A program made the translations under genes and the position numbers. A stretch of DNA of 64,000 bases from Tubulanus polymorphus (lineage: Eukaryota > Animalia > Nemertea), in assembly GCF_964204645.1 (NCBI RefSeq), contig NC_134031.1, positions 7,874,001 to 7,938,000 on the forward strand, written 5' to 3'. How positions within the stretch are numbered: the first letter of the stretch is position 1; the number at the start of each line of letters is the position of its first letter. Shown here in pieces: positions 35,201 through 48,000 of this stretch. The notes beneath the pieces were generated by a model. It saw only the letters and a list, made by a program, of their open reading frames with translations, did no database searches and was not told the origin of the DNA.

Positions 35201-38200
35201 ATTCAGGGCAGCGGATACTGTATCTTCCGGCCAACAAACCGACTCGCCCAATAAGCCGAGTGCAGTTTTTAGCCCAATTACGTGGATTTCTTAATGCTTC
35301 ACCCAATAAGCCGAGGCCCTTTATCAGAAAGTTTAATTCACTGATTTGTCAATTAATTTGTCTTAATTGACGATGTGAGGTTGATCAGTAGCATAATACA
35401 CTAGCATAATACGTGCACCCTGATGTGTCAGAGTGCTGTCGCCGAGTGACTGCTATTCATAGACTCACTCAGGTGTACGAGAACACTACAGCCATATATT
35501 GTAACCTATAAACAGAGACCGCGTGTCTATCGCTGAATGTATTAGCAGACACATGCGGCTCACTGCGGGCGTATATACAAATGTATTCGGTGCCGTTGTG
35601 AGGTGATGAAATGAGCTAAGTAATGAAATAGTTCAAAATAGATTGTCCATGGTAAATAATGACCTGAAATAAATATGGACCACTCTTCTTAATTTTGACG
35701 ATTTTTCGGAGCATTAGAACGACATAGATCGGGAAGTAATTATTTAGGTCAGATCGTATCTGTCCACTAAACTGATCACGATTTTTTCGGGTAAAAATCT
35801 GAGGCTAGAAAATCAGCTTATTCGCCGGAAAATACGGTACATATTCCAAATAAAAAAATCCTCACTAGCAGCAAATAACAAAAGGTTGCAGGTTGACAGA
35901 CAAATATATTAGCTTGAATGGTTCCGATTATCTGCTTTTACCATTTTCATTTATTAGTTATGGAATAGAATCTGTTCTTGCTGAGAATGAAACTACGCTG
36001 TATGAACTGCGCTGTGTGCCTCGCATTCTGGATGCTTTCAAATGTTTGTCACTGGAACTTATGAAAGCGGTACGAACTTTGTACGAAGAATTTGATGCAG
36101 ATGAAATTTACTGGCAGGTAGGTCAATGTTAACCGGACAAATATTCATTCATTCATTAATATACTCCAGCACACTCACATTCGCGAGTATTTTTTGGAGC
36201 GTGCGCGTCTGTGTTAAAAGAGGAAGGAAAGGAATGTGCATAGAAAATCTTATTGATAAAAATGATTAAAAAAATTTTTTTTTTAATCCTTTATGATTTT
36301 CCTGTTGAGTCTAAATCGATATCTGGTTATCTGCCCTTTTAGGGAAATGAATTGGAAAATGATGAAGAAGAGTTGATTGAATGTGTTGATGAAGAAGAAG
36401 TTGGTAATGAGCCTGTAGAATTTGGAATTGAAGAACTTCATTTGATGTTGAAAGCAATGCAATTCAGAAGGTATATATTCTATGTAATTATTGCCTTAAA
36501 ACATGGATTTTGTGTCAATAGTTCATGATTTTTTTTTCAAAATCTCACTGTGCTGTCTTGGTTTGATAAGTTATACCCCCAGCAACGAAATGTAGGGGGG
36601 TATACTGGAGTCAGGTTGTCAGTCGTCCACCCGTGGACACAATCTTGTCTGGAGATCTCCTAAACTACTGGCTCTCTCTTGTAACTTTACGCGTATGTTT
36701 TTCTGGATATGTAGTTGCGCATGTGCATTTTATTTTGTTATTGGATCCAAGATGGCCATATTTGTTTTCTTGGATGCTTAATACATGAATAAGATGATGT
36801 CAGATAATCTTCTAAATTAAGCAGATTTGATCATAAAAATGTGTTGCAGATATGTAGTTGGTTGAATGCTCAACCCCTGTGCAAAGTTTCAAGGTCACAT
36901 GATATTCCACGTGGCAACCAGGGGATGCTCAATACATGAAAAAGTGACGATTTCAGATCACATTGTAAAGAAAACATATTTCATTACGTCTCCCTGGTGG
37001 GGATTAGGGCACGTGCGATTTCCACCCACATTGAAAATTGAGGTTTTGAGCTTAAATATGGCTGCCATCTTGAATTTCTAATTTGCACAATACAGCCTAT
37101 AATTCTTGATGGATTTTCATAAAGATGTGCGACCCTATCAAAAATTGAGGTCATCGGCCATCAAATATAACTGCCAGGGCTGCTATCTTGAATTCTCTTG
37201 TCAGCACAATACAGCCTACCATTCTTGATTGATTTTCATGAAACTCAGTGTGAGCATTGGGACAGGTGAGATGTCCACCCCTATCTAAAATAGAGGTTAT
37301 CAGTCATCAAATATGGCCGCCAGGACAGCCATCTTGAATTTCTTCTTAGCCCGATACAGCTTATAATTCTTGATGGATTTTCATGATTCTTGAAGATTGG
37401 GGCAGGTAAGATGTTCAACTCTGAAAATGGAGGTCATTGCGCATCCAATATGGTCACTAGGGCAGACATCTTGAATTTCTTGCTAGCATGATACAGTCTA
37501 CAATTCTTAAAGGATTTACATGAAACTTGGTGTGATGATTGGGGCAGATAAGATGTTCCCCACTCTCGAAAATGGAGGTCGTCAGCCATCAAATATGGCC
37601 TTCAGGGTAGCCATCATGAATTTCTCGTTTAGCATGTTACAGCCTGGAATATCTGATGGTTATCCACGAAACTGGATGTGAGAGTTAAGACAGGTTTATC
37701 TGTGTTCGACTTTAATTCGAACAAAGTGGGGGAGAGTGTAGTGCGGGGGGTTATTTAAGGCTGCAAGGCTTAATTCTAGTTAGTTGTATTTCTCATTGTG
37801 AAAAGATATTCAAAGAGTATCTATTTGATCGTTGGAAGCCTATATCTTAAAATTGTATTCTTTACTTAGTCGTTCTTATCTGTACTATGGCTGGTTCCCT
37901 CTCACCTTCTCATGTTTTCTGAATTTATAGCCAGTAGATAATATTATGGCTTTCTGTTGGACAGGTAAGTACGGCTAAGGAAAACAAAATGTTAATTCTA
38001 AGAATAGTAATTTAACTCTGAGTTCTTTTAACACATTGACTGCCAGCCACTCAAGATACGTGTTAGAAGTTTACTGAATTATGCCAGCGCATTTCTTCGT
38101 GTTATGAGAATATTCTTGCTGCTATCCTTACTTTAAGCAGACTTGGTTTTGGTAGAAGTTAAGAGGGTCCATCTGGGCGATTTTGCTTCTTACTCATTTT

Positions 38201-39794
38201 TCTTCATTCATGAATTATAGGAAGCGTTTGTTAATGGAGATGCAGCAGGGCTCTGTAACAGCATCTGTCGATGCGATGAAAGCAGTTGAGATTCAGATGT
38301 CTAAGTTAAAGGAGAAAATTTGCCATTTGGAAGGAAAGGAAAACATTCAGAATGGAGGTAATGATCCAAATAACCGTTATGGGCAAGAATCAAATGCCAC
38401 ATTTAGGAAATGAGGTCACTGTTTCTATGATTATCTGACTTACTCAGGCACGTTGGAAGCAATTTTTGATTGCTGCGGCCAAATACCGATTTTGGACAGC
38501 TTCTAAATATTGCCGCGGCAAATTTACTTAATTTCTCCAAAAAATGTGGTATTCAGAAGAAAATAAAACGTCTTTCAGTAAACTATTGCCACGGCTTTCG
38601 CCGCTGCAGTCGCACTTCCAACGCCACTGCATTCGTCAGTTTTGTGAGATATTTTAGCATACATTGATTATTTGTTTCAATATTTTAATGTGTCTGAAGT
38701 ACTGAACATAGGTATATGTTACCGGAAAGTGGTGTATTGATAATAGTAGTGTATTAATAATTGGTAGTTATGGATCGGTATTCTAAAGATAGTAATATTT
38801 TTTATTTAGAACCTTTTCATGACAGAGGAGACAATTTGTCTATGCCAGCTGATGTATTCATTCATAAGTGTATTGGAGATCAGTATAGAGCGTCTGGAGA
38901 TCAAATGAATGACAAACAGGTAAGCAGTTAGACACTATAATTTGTTCGATGATTGTAGCGAGTATCAAGCTTGTTGACTACTTCTTGTTCACGAGGGATA
39001 GAAGTTCCATTGAGGAATACCCTCCAGTAAAGCACTGCAGTGCTCATCACTAGAGTCGAGTCTTCGCGGAATTAACTCTTTTTCGAATGGGATTAATTAA
39101 CACGTTAGGCATGTTTTGTGATTATAGTGAAGTAATTGATTTCCAGAGGGCTCTAATTCAAGCATATCACCAATTTCCGAGTGCATCTGTATTTGTATTT
39201 ACTGCTGTAAATTTCTAAATACGAAAAAATATTTAAGTATTATATTATCTTGACAATTTGTTTTGACAGGTGCTGAAAGAACCAGCTTCTATCCCAGCCA
39301 ACAAACCTGTGTCAAAAGATTTGAACAAAATAATTTTGTCGCCACCGGGTGGCCTAAAAAGATCTCATCCACCAACCGCACAAGAGATTTACCACCACAT
39401 GCAGCACGGTCTTATCGCAACCGACAATTTAGGTAGTACACACAATCGTGATGTTAAATCTATTAATTTGGTTCATCCTATGCCACAAAAACTGTCAGCT
39501 GATCCAGGCATGGGTCAATACGGACCACCATACTCCTTCCCTGTATTGACGGCAGAGCAACAGCAGCAAGTTATTAATCAACAATTATCACAAATGATGC
39601 TTTCGCAGACATTCTCTAATTTCAATGCGCCATCACCTGGTGCAGTTCTCAGCCAGATGCCTGGAATGAATTTGATGGGTATGAACATTCCTCCAATGAG
39701 TTTCGGTCGTGGTCAGAACTGTTATATGCCTGATATGTCAAAACTTATGTTTGCAAATCTTGGTGGACTGCCGAAACAAATGAACAATCAATAG
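17242..39794 (+). CDS. TDRD5: Tudor domain-containing protein 5-like (LOTUS/OST-HTH x4 + extended Tudor), about 1239 aa, 19 coding exons
   Basis: Phase-consistent GT-AG exons: 17242-18253, 18334-18404, 18524-18580, 22344-22512, 22606-22706, 23628-23736, 24359-24450, 24728-24921, 26591-26747, 27210-27271, 27362-27431, 27523-27603, 31534-31730, 32928-33215, 35958-36117, 36343-36470, 38221-38357, 38810-38919, 39270-39794 (3720 nt). Kozak GCCACCATGG. LOTUS starts VRAVLLSAPHG, ITELLCAYPDG, VLAARPRG, ILAAHPMG. Tudor EVYVSNIANPSHLWIQ...CAAIFPEDSNWHR...YYVDYGN. Confidence 0.88.
19385..19607. repeat. Perfect ~44-bp inverted repeat (MITE-like)
   Basis: TGTTATATGGACAAATTATACATCAATGAAAAGGTAACATCAAC and its reverse complement about 135 bp downstream. 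Confidence 0.85.
20936..21691. mobile_element. Tigger/pogo-like MITE
   Basis: CAGTGGAACCTTGTTCTAACGA ... TCGTTAGAGTGAGGTTCCACTG TIRs. Confidence 0.75.
23889..26395 (+). repeat. Two direct copies of an ~140-bp dispersed repeat (23889-24031 and 26254-26394)
   Basis: Shared ATATTTTGTCATTAGGA...GGAATTGAT...GTCCATCAGCTCTAA...CCCATTCTACTAATCGATGCTTG. Confidence 0.75.
27607..28930 (+). mobile_element. Rolling-circle-like (Helitron/HINE-type) repeat; related pieces at ~21950-22150 (+) and ~45630-45990 (-)
   Basis: TTTTTAGGCCAGCC.TAGGCTGAGCCTATTACTATACAAATGGAG recurs in reverse complement at 45940-45990. GCCATGTGC.TCGAATTGCAAATTCAAT recurs at ~22088. Confidence 0.55.
29020..29692 (+). mobile_element. 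Internal fragment of the HINE family found at 11903-17002
   Basis: Colinear with 12000-12590 (GGTAATGTCTTGATATTTGG...CTACCCTAGACAC...TCAGATTCAAGATGGCCGAC). Confidence 0.85.
30154..30888. mobile_element. hAT-like MITE with 6-bp TSD
   Basis: TTAAAC|CAGGGATGAGAA ... TTCTTATCCCTG|TTAAAC. Confidence 0.8.
31752..31992. mobile_element. DNA-transposon-derived repeat; inverted copy at ~58805-59033
   Basis: Reverse-complement match, e.g. CTTTTTGAAGGGCACTT / AAGTGCCCTTCAAAAAG and TTCTATTTCAAGAAAAA / TTTTTCTTGAAATAGAA. Confidence 0.7.
31995..32258. mobile_element. Palindromic MITE (PIF/Harbinger-like)
   Basis: TAGCCGCGATCATAC ... GTGTGATCGCGGCTA with internal GGGCC/GGCCC motifs. Confidence 0.75.
33909..35163. 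mobile_element. Kolobok-like non-autonomous element, TTAA TSD
   Basis: TTAA|AGGGGTCATGAAGAGGTTTT ... AAAACCTCTTCATGACCCCAT|TTAA. Confidence 0.8.
35218..35837. mobile_element. Tc1/mariner (Tc2-like) MITE; related internal sequence inverted at ~25890-26010
   Basis: TA|CTGTATCTTCCGGCCAA ... TTCGCCGGAAAATACGG|TA. Confidence 0.75.
36571..37782 (+). mobile_element. HINE-type element (second family) with ~120-bp internal tandem repeats
   Basis: 5' TTATACCCCC...GGGGGGTATA hairpin, repeated AAATATGGCCGCCAGG...GCCATCTTGAATTT units, 3' GCGGGGGTT...TTCTAGTT. Confidence 0.75.
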
Positions 39795-40823
39795 ACTAAA
39801 AATTCAATGAGTGAAATACTTAAAGTAAATTGTGCGATAAGTTTTAGTACTTGATTTTATGGAAATTATTCACAAATAGTCCTAATGTTAAGCAGAAATT
39901 TGAAAAAAGAAATGGACAAATATATTACTTGCAATGTTTTAGTTGTGTGCTGTGAGTGCTGTTTGCGTTGGTGGCAAAATAATGAAGTTAGGCACATTTC
40001 GATTGACTTATACAAATTACTTCACCGAGAAAGTTGATATGAGTTATAGTGTGGTGATGCTTGATATTCTAGATACCTTTGCACATATGTACCTTATTTT
40101 GAGTGCACATCTTACCATGAGTATTCATGTATTTTAGTTACCACCGTAACAGCTCATATGTACCTACTGCTTCCGAATTCAAAATTGTTTTATAAATTCA
40201 GATTTTTACTCCAGTACTGTACCGGTACTTTGTACGTTGTAATTGTTGTGTACGATATATGGAATTCATGTGTCGTAATAATTTCCTTTTGACAATCCAA
40301 TGGTTTTCATGTTTTTCATATATATTTTCCCAGAAAAATTAAGATATGGTCTTTTTTATTATGACGTGTGGGTGTGTATATATTCTCAACTCGGCTGAGG
40401 AAAGCGCAACATTTTTTGTTATTGAATTATCATAGTTTTTATATAGCCATAGTACTTAAAAACTAGAATCGTAGTGTGCTTTTTATTTCTGCTTTATCTT
40501 CAGGTAGTTCCAAATCTAATGTCTGCATGAAATACAGATTTATGATGTATAATAGCATCCTTCTAAGCTGAAAAAACTTTTTAACACTGAAGGTGCATTG
40601 GAATTATTGGAACCTAAATGATGTTTTTAGAAAATGTTAAACAATTCAATATAATACAGTTAGTTTCATTTTCAATTAGTGGTATATTTCTCTTTGCATT
40701 TAATTTGTTTTAGAACAAGCATTTGTTTCTCATTTTATAAAAACCGATATAGTATTATAATGTACAGACATCTTGCAATTATCGTACTCTTTATTTACTT
40801 TGTAATATGAAATTATAAAAGAA

Positions 40824-40851
40824 AATAAATTTTTGTATGTAAATGAATAAA
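40824..40851 (+). terminator. Probable polyadenylation signals of TDRD5
   Basis: Two AATAAA hexamers at the end of an ~1-kb AU-rich stretch after the stop codon. Confidence 0.5.
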
Positions 40852-42145
40852 TACCCGGTAGCTTTCCAAATGAATTTTCAAAGTATCTCGTATAACGTAA
40901 TCACTGAACACATTAAGAAACAACGAACCCAGTCATTTCCTACCATGAGCTGAATAAACCAAAACAGAAACTTATTTAGACTAACAAATCGATTGAGTTT
41001 ATCTGTGCGATGAGCCGCTGCAAGCCTTTAAATTAAACATTCTGCATACATCCACTTTTTTCGTTCCTTCGTCAACTTCTTGAAGTATTTTGACTGAAGT
41101 GGCCAAAATCAACCTGCATGCGTTTGTGAGGCCCCGTTGTCGAAAATATGAACGGATAAGGTGTATGTACTGTTACTACGTTAACTTTTCAGTATAACTA
41201 CACGGGAGGTTCAGTATACAAGCAATGCTTTGTACTATTGAACATATGGGTTCGATTGATCAATATTTTCTGCTGCGGCCTCGTCGAATTACATTGTAAC
41301 CGACAAAAATTGCACTTTAGGCACAAAATTTACTTCGTTGTATCCGATATTTTGTTGTAAACGATCTTGTTAAAACCGATGGAAATTTAAGGAAAAAACA
41401 ACTTTTTTGCTGGGACACGGAAATTTCCTTGAAACCGATATTTCGTTATAAACAATCTGGAGGTTTGACTGTAATCACTTTTTGTCTCCTGGATAGTACA
41501 CTGGAGACACTGAGTGCTCGGAGCAGCTTGGATTCACTGATAGTACAAGTGACTAAAAATTGCCTGTCTGCATTAGGTGCTAGTCATAGTTAACCTTGGT
41601 TAATCCGTCCCCGCTTAATTCATGCAAGCAGCATTATTCATCAAAACTTGATTAGTTCCATTTTTAAATAACCTTATTCCCTACGAACTGTGTTCAACTC
41701 GTACTCTGTATTTTCACTTCCACAAATACGTGGTCCCATTTCAAATTTCTATCTTAAATCTGTTTCTATCTAAATGTTATCCAGATCAGCTTTTGGGAAC
41801 ACACATTTATCGTGGAAATAATATAACTGACTGCAATCTTAAGAGGATGATATGGTCAGTAGGAAATCCATCAATGTCATTGTCCATGGTCTGTTCCTTC
41901 TCTCTAAAATTTTTTTTTGTCCAGCAGCTCAACATATCCCACACAGATGTATAGATCACCAGAGACCATGTAAAATGGCCGCCAGTCTGCACAAAATTTC
42001 TAGATTTTATGTTGGTTTATTCTGGTAACATGGCTGATGCAGGGCTATGAACCATGTTGATTAATAATCATCAAAGGAACAAGCATTTAATTTTTTACTC
42101 CAGTTTTCAATGAATAATAACTCCAACGTACATTAATCAAACCAT

Positions 42146-42151
42146 TTTATT
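42146..42151 (-). terminator. Candidate flotillin-1 poly(A) signal (long 3' UTR of about 2.9 kb)
   Basis: TTTATT (AATAAA on minus) at the end of a largely TE-poor AU-rich tract downstream of the tentative last exon. Confidence 0.35.
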
Positions 42152-45019
42152 CACAAATAAAATAATGAGTACCACTAATAAAATCTATGTAGATAACCTA
42201 TATTACTAAAACTGGGAACACTAATAACATTGAAGTACAATAAGTATAATACTTGAGACAAGTACTACATGCATGATGATAACAGTGAATAATGTTTTAT
42301 GTCCTATCTGAACACACAATTGGCACACATTTTTCAAAGGCAGCATTCCTTGCAAATATGATAGAATTTCCACTCCCTAATAGTTTTGAATGGTTTATGC
42401 TATGAGTACAACTTCCCACAGCAGGGATTTGGAGCTGGTGGCATCGAGACTCAGACGAGCTAGTGTAGACATGGTTGATAATAAGGGTCTGGCCATTTCA
42501 TATTGCAACACTTAGATTATGAGATTATGAGGACAAACATTATAACATTTCAAAATATATTAAATAATTTACACATACATAAGAAATCATGAACTGTTTG
42601 GTATACCTTAACCTGTATCACTATTTAGTCATTCTCTAACTAATTCTATGGCTTAGCAGTGAAATGTAATACAATGTTCGAATATGAAGGTTTTTAGTTG
42701 TTATCTATTCCACAAGTTGTTATCTATTGCTGGGAACTTATAATACAGTGCACTCTCAATCGTCCGTCAACATAGGGACAAGGCAATTAATTTTTCACGG
42801 ATAAAATTTTTTTCCTGGCATTGCCATCGTGTACTTATTTGCTTCACAAAAGACAAAGATCTACTCCCCTACTTAACAAAAATATCCAATACGCTGCTGC
42901 ATCAAAAATCAAGTGCTGAAGCATTATTTTGTCACAAAAAACAGCCGAGTTTGAAATATTTTCTTGCCAGCTATGTGATAGCGGTGAAGACATATTTTAC
43001 GGTAGAACTTACTTAACATAATTAGGTACTGCCCAGATTTCTCTGTATCGAGTAAAATTCAAATTATGAATGATCTAGTTTTAGTGGCTCCTGGTTAAAT
43101 GGACCAACTATTTCATCCAAAGTGAAAATCTGATTGAAAAATTGGGATTACGGGTACTTGAGTTCTAAGCGGTTACCAAATTTGGTGGACGATCGGATAT
43201 GAATAATTCTAGGGAAATCCATAAACATGTTTTTGGTAGATGCAGAGCCTGCTGGTTAAAAAGACTGGAGAGTACACTGGAAATAATTGGGATATTTCTG
43301 AACTTATATATACCAGCATATACCAGACAAACAGGGCTGCTGAAGTTGAATATTTTTCAGGAACATTTCAAAAAATTGTAACACTCAATAAGTTATCAAA
43401 TTCAGGTCGAAGGTCTAGGTTTAATAAATCCATATTTCCCAGTTCATTTCAACAAGGTTACACTGTTAACTGCACTATTTTGAATACACTTTACATACGA
43501 CTATATTTTATTGCACATTTATGATAAAAATGCTCCAGTATTGGTGGAGACTCTACTCGTTTACATCACTTCATTACAGTATGACAATGAATTGATTTAG
43601 ATTAGTACACCGCTATCATGTTTACATTCCAATGATCGTACAAGCAAGTGGAAACAAAAGTATAATGACGTGAAGTGTTTATACACTGAATACAATCTCC
43701 ATTTAATAGATTATTCTAGCGAACATTTTATATACTAAAGAACAAGCAGCAAGAAGTGTATGCGATGGATATGTATAGATTTAAATGGTGAAACTTTTTG
43801 CAGTACATCTGAACAAAAACTGCAGCATGCATCTGGTCTCCTCCTTAAACTTTCATTTACCAGTAAATTTCTTCATAAATACCGATATGTAAGACGAGAT
43901 AACTGACATGTAAGATGAGATATAGTCAAACTTGCTTAGGTAGTCATAGTTGTTACGGTTTACACTTAGCAACTTGAATAAGAAATCAAAATTGGGAGTA
44001 AAACATAATGACGACTCAGCTGAGTTTGACTTAATACAAATAGCAGAAAAAGGGGTACTCAAACACTATAACACGTACACAGTGTATACTTTTGAATTTT
44101 CCATGATTTTTGTGTACGGCAAACTAAGAAAACATCTTTCATGCTAAAATTTCTGAAAACCTTACATACAGAATGAATGATACAACCATTTGTAAGAAAT
44201 GGTTCGATGTAGTTAATAGTCAAGCCCACCTATGTTGGATCAGGATAAGTTGGATTTTGACCTAGGCCATGTGATAATACAGTGGCTTGTTATTTCATTC
44301 AAAAATTCCTATAAATATCTACCCTTGAGTTATACAAATAAGTTGGATTTTTGGATTAATCGTTGCTCATTTTGTGATTCAAATGATCAATATCCATTCA
44401 TTTGTTTGACTTATCATCAGATATTTGGGTGACATTTCTAGCTGCTACAGATAGAATTTTCCAATGTCAGTGCATAATTGATCTTTGGTCAGTCACGCGG
44501 TCATCCTTGCGTTACCTACTAGACAAAACTTAACCATGCACCGGTACGTAGATACCACCACTGTCATTACAAGTAACTCCAATCTGAGAAATCTCAAAAT
44601 GCTTCCATTACTCTTGGATTGTCTAGAGGCCAAGCAGGCTTGACTAAACATGTAACCCTTTGGACTAATTTTCCGGCAGACAATAGATTACATTATGATA
44701 ATGATTCGAGTCAGATAAAGCTCATTATATTACCCAAAGACGAATCTACTCGTAGAAATCGACCAATATTTGATTGTGGCTTTCAGTAGAAAAATAACGA
44801 AGTACATGTACATGAAACTACACGTATAAAAAGTGTGTTAATCTTGTGACATCTTCTGCTAAACAAACCGACAATCTTCATATTCCTGTTGATGACAATT
44901 TATTTATACTCTTCTCACAGCGGCCTTCATTGACTGGAATACAAAAGAGAAATGTTTATTACCATTATACCAAATGCAAAGTCTATTCCGAACTTTCACT
45001 CATTAATTACATAAACCTG

Positions 45020-48000
45020 TTACACTAAGCCTGCCTTACTAAGCTTTGACTAAGTTGAGATAAAAACTAAATCATTTCTGATTTTTCCGATCCTTAACTC
45101 GGACATCATCCATGTCTGAGTTTGGCCAGGTTTATCAATTCCATAATGACTAGCCACTGAACGTTGTTAATTTTGTCACCAACAATGAAAGTGACTAGTC
45201 AATCCCAGGCTAATAATTTACACAATTCAATCGTGTTTTCATAAGTAGCACACACAGCGACTGGAGCTGGCAGGAACAAATACCTCAGATAAATCTTTTC
45301 CCTTGGTCTAATTGATTTGAATACGGAAAAGAGTTATTGAATTTTCTGATATTTCAAAAAAAAAAAATGTAATTTGGATTTGCTGTTTACCTTGTTCAAT
45401 TAAGTAAAATTGAATTGAATTTGATATTTTCTGCAGAATAAAATTTGATTGAATTTGCAGTTTGAACACATGGCTAATTAGCACATCAAGGTCATTCATC
45501 CGATTTGAGAAAAAGCTATTTTTTCCGGACTTTGCACAATTGTCAATGATATTTTCTGTAGTGCAAATAAAAATATTCCTCCCAAAAACCAAATCTACTA
45601 AAGATTTCACAGAAATCGATATTGAAATACAATTTTAGATCTTACAATAAAACCCGGCAGTAAAACGGTAGATGATACAGCAGGTTCATGTGAACACCTG
45701 CTGATCTCTGCGGCTAAGCCAATCATAGAGGAGTCTTTGCTTCCTAATTGGCTTTTTAAAACAGATATTTTTGCGACCAGATTTTCACGAAAAAGCTCAT
45801 ATAAATTTTAACGAGGCCCTCTTTCAAAATTCAACTTCATAGGGGTTGGAGAATGGATAATGCTCTCATGAATGATTTGTATGAATATATGCTCAGTTGC
45901 ACAGTCAAAGAGCCTTTACTCTGGAAACTGTCATTTAAATTCCCTCCATTTGTATAGTAATAGGCTCAGCATAAGGCTGGCCTAAAAATTGATCAACAGT
46001 TGCAGCCTCTAGGCTGTTTTCCCCTGATGGCCATAATTTGAATCAATCAACAATTGCAGCCTCTAGGCTGTTAATGTTGTTTTTCAGGTCGGTCCCCGAG
46101 TGCTACAATTTTAATCGAATCGACCCCATTTTAAATAGGGTTTTTGCCCAAGTGATACCCTACTTGTGCGCCAAGTTTGAAATAAATCAGTCAACAATTG
46201 CAGCCCCTAGGCTGTTAACGTCGTTTTTCATGTCGGCCCCCCCCCCCGGTGGCCATTATTCAAATCGAATTGACCCAATTTTAAATAAGATTCGGGGCTA
46301 AGTGATACCCTACTTGTGTACCAAGTTTGAAAACAATCGGTCAACAATTGCGGCCTCTAGGCTCGTATTGTCGTTTTTCATGTCGGCCCCCTGGTGGCAA
46401 TAATTTGAATTGAATCAACCCAATTTTGAATAGGCTTCTGGCCCATCCTACTTGTGTACCAAGTTTGATATGATTCGGTCAACAATTGTAGCCTCTAGGC
46501 TGTTAGGCCTAACGTTGTTGTTCATGTTGGCCCCCTGATGGCCATAATTTGAATTGAATCAACCCAATTTAAAATAGGCTTCTGGCTTAAGTGCCTACTT
46601 GTGTTCCAAGTTTGAAATGATTCGGTCAACAATTGCGGCCTTTAGGCTCTTAACGTCGTTTTTCATGTTGGCCCCTTGGACGACCCAATTTATAATAGGG
46701 TTCTGGCCTGAGTGATATCCTACTTGTGTACCAAGTTTGAAAACAATCGGTCAACAATTGCGGCCTCTAGGCTGTTAACGTCACTTGCGGCAGTGTATTC
46801 AGACAGGGGTAAATCTATATGCAACTAAAGTTGAGCCGGGGGCATAAAAACTGAAAATTTGTATTTTAAATAAATCTTAACCTGCTGATATTGAAACTTC
46901 TTGATTGTGTGATTTAAAAAGATCTCCTCGAGAAGGTCTGAACTAGACCTCTTCCCCTTTTTGGTTTGTACCTCTGGCGCTCAGCTCAATGATGCTCGAT
47001 TACTAATGAGTATTTCTAAACGGCCAAAACTACAATCAATCATGGTCACTATGGCCTCGTAATCAATAAAGAGAACACTTACCTTACTGATGTCAACTCC
47101 TGTCATGGTGTGAACAACACCGGGCATGCGCTCGATAACCTGAAGAACTTCGCCTGTTAGCTTAGCTGCACCGATGTCGCTGTTGCCGCTCGATACCATT
47201 GTGATCTTCTTACACTGTGACAGTGGAGCAGAGACTTCAGCAGCAATCTAAAAATGGGTATAATTACACTTATAAATTAGGGTTTCTCTGCCTTGTTGGT
47301 TCAAATACTCATACTATGTTGCCTATAAAAATTCTTTGAAAGCAGTCATCTATTAACAAGACTTGAGTATTTTAGGAAGCACCACCTAGGGGTCATGAAA
47401 TGTACTAGATATGTAGATTTATGCGGGCTATTAAGAAATTCAACATTTCAGTCAGTTTCCATTTCGCGAACGTAGTCCCTCAGACTGATGCTAAGGGCAG
47501 TCAATCCATTAATTCACTGTATTTGTTAACTCATCACAATATATTGCGCTATATTCAAAGACCACGTTCAGCAAGTCTGATCAAAACACCAGATCCAATT
47601 TTCCTCGACACCTTGCTGGTGTCCTCACCGAGTCGGTAACTTTAAGAACTTTAAGCAATCAAATATGATTGCATGATATATCAACGTAGTTGATAGCAAT
47701 GTCGATCTTATTTAGGGTGGACATCAATCAACAACACAGACCCTGTATCGACAGGAAAACCAGTTCCACCTAGACGCATTATTCTTTACCAATTTGTGGT
47801 TCATAGTCTGATACAGATTTGCAGATATATACAAACACTCGAGTTCAATGGTGACCCTGACAATACAACCCTCTAACGGGTCCAACGACACCATCATCTT
47901 CCATGCATGTTTGGTGAAAATAGTGGAATTTGATTTATATCATGTCTATGACGTTCACGTGTCTAAAGGCGTGTGACATGTGAGGTCTACATAACACGAT

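Noticed and set aside
33909-35306. ORFs 34692-35132 and 34911-35306 as a Kolobok transposase
   Set aside because: No DDE, THAP or zinc-finger motifs; the element appears non-autonomous.
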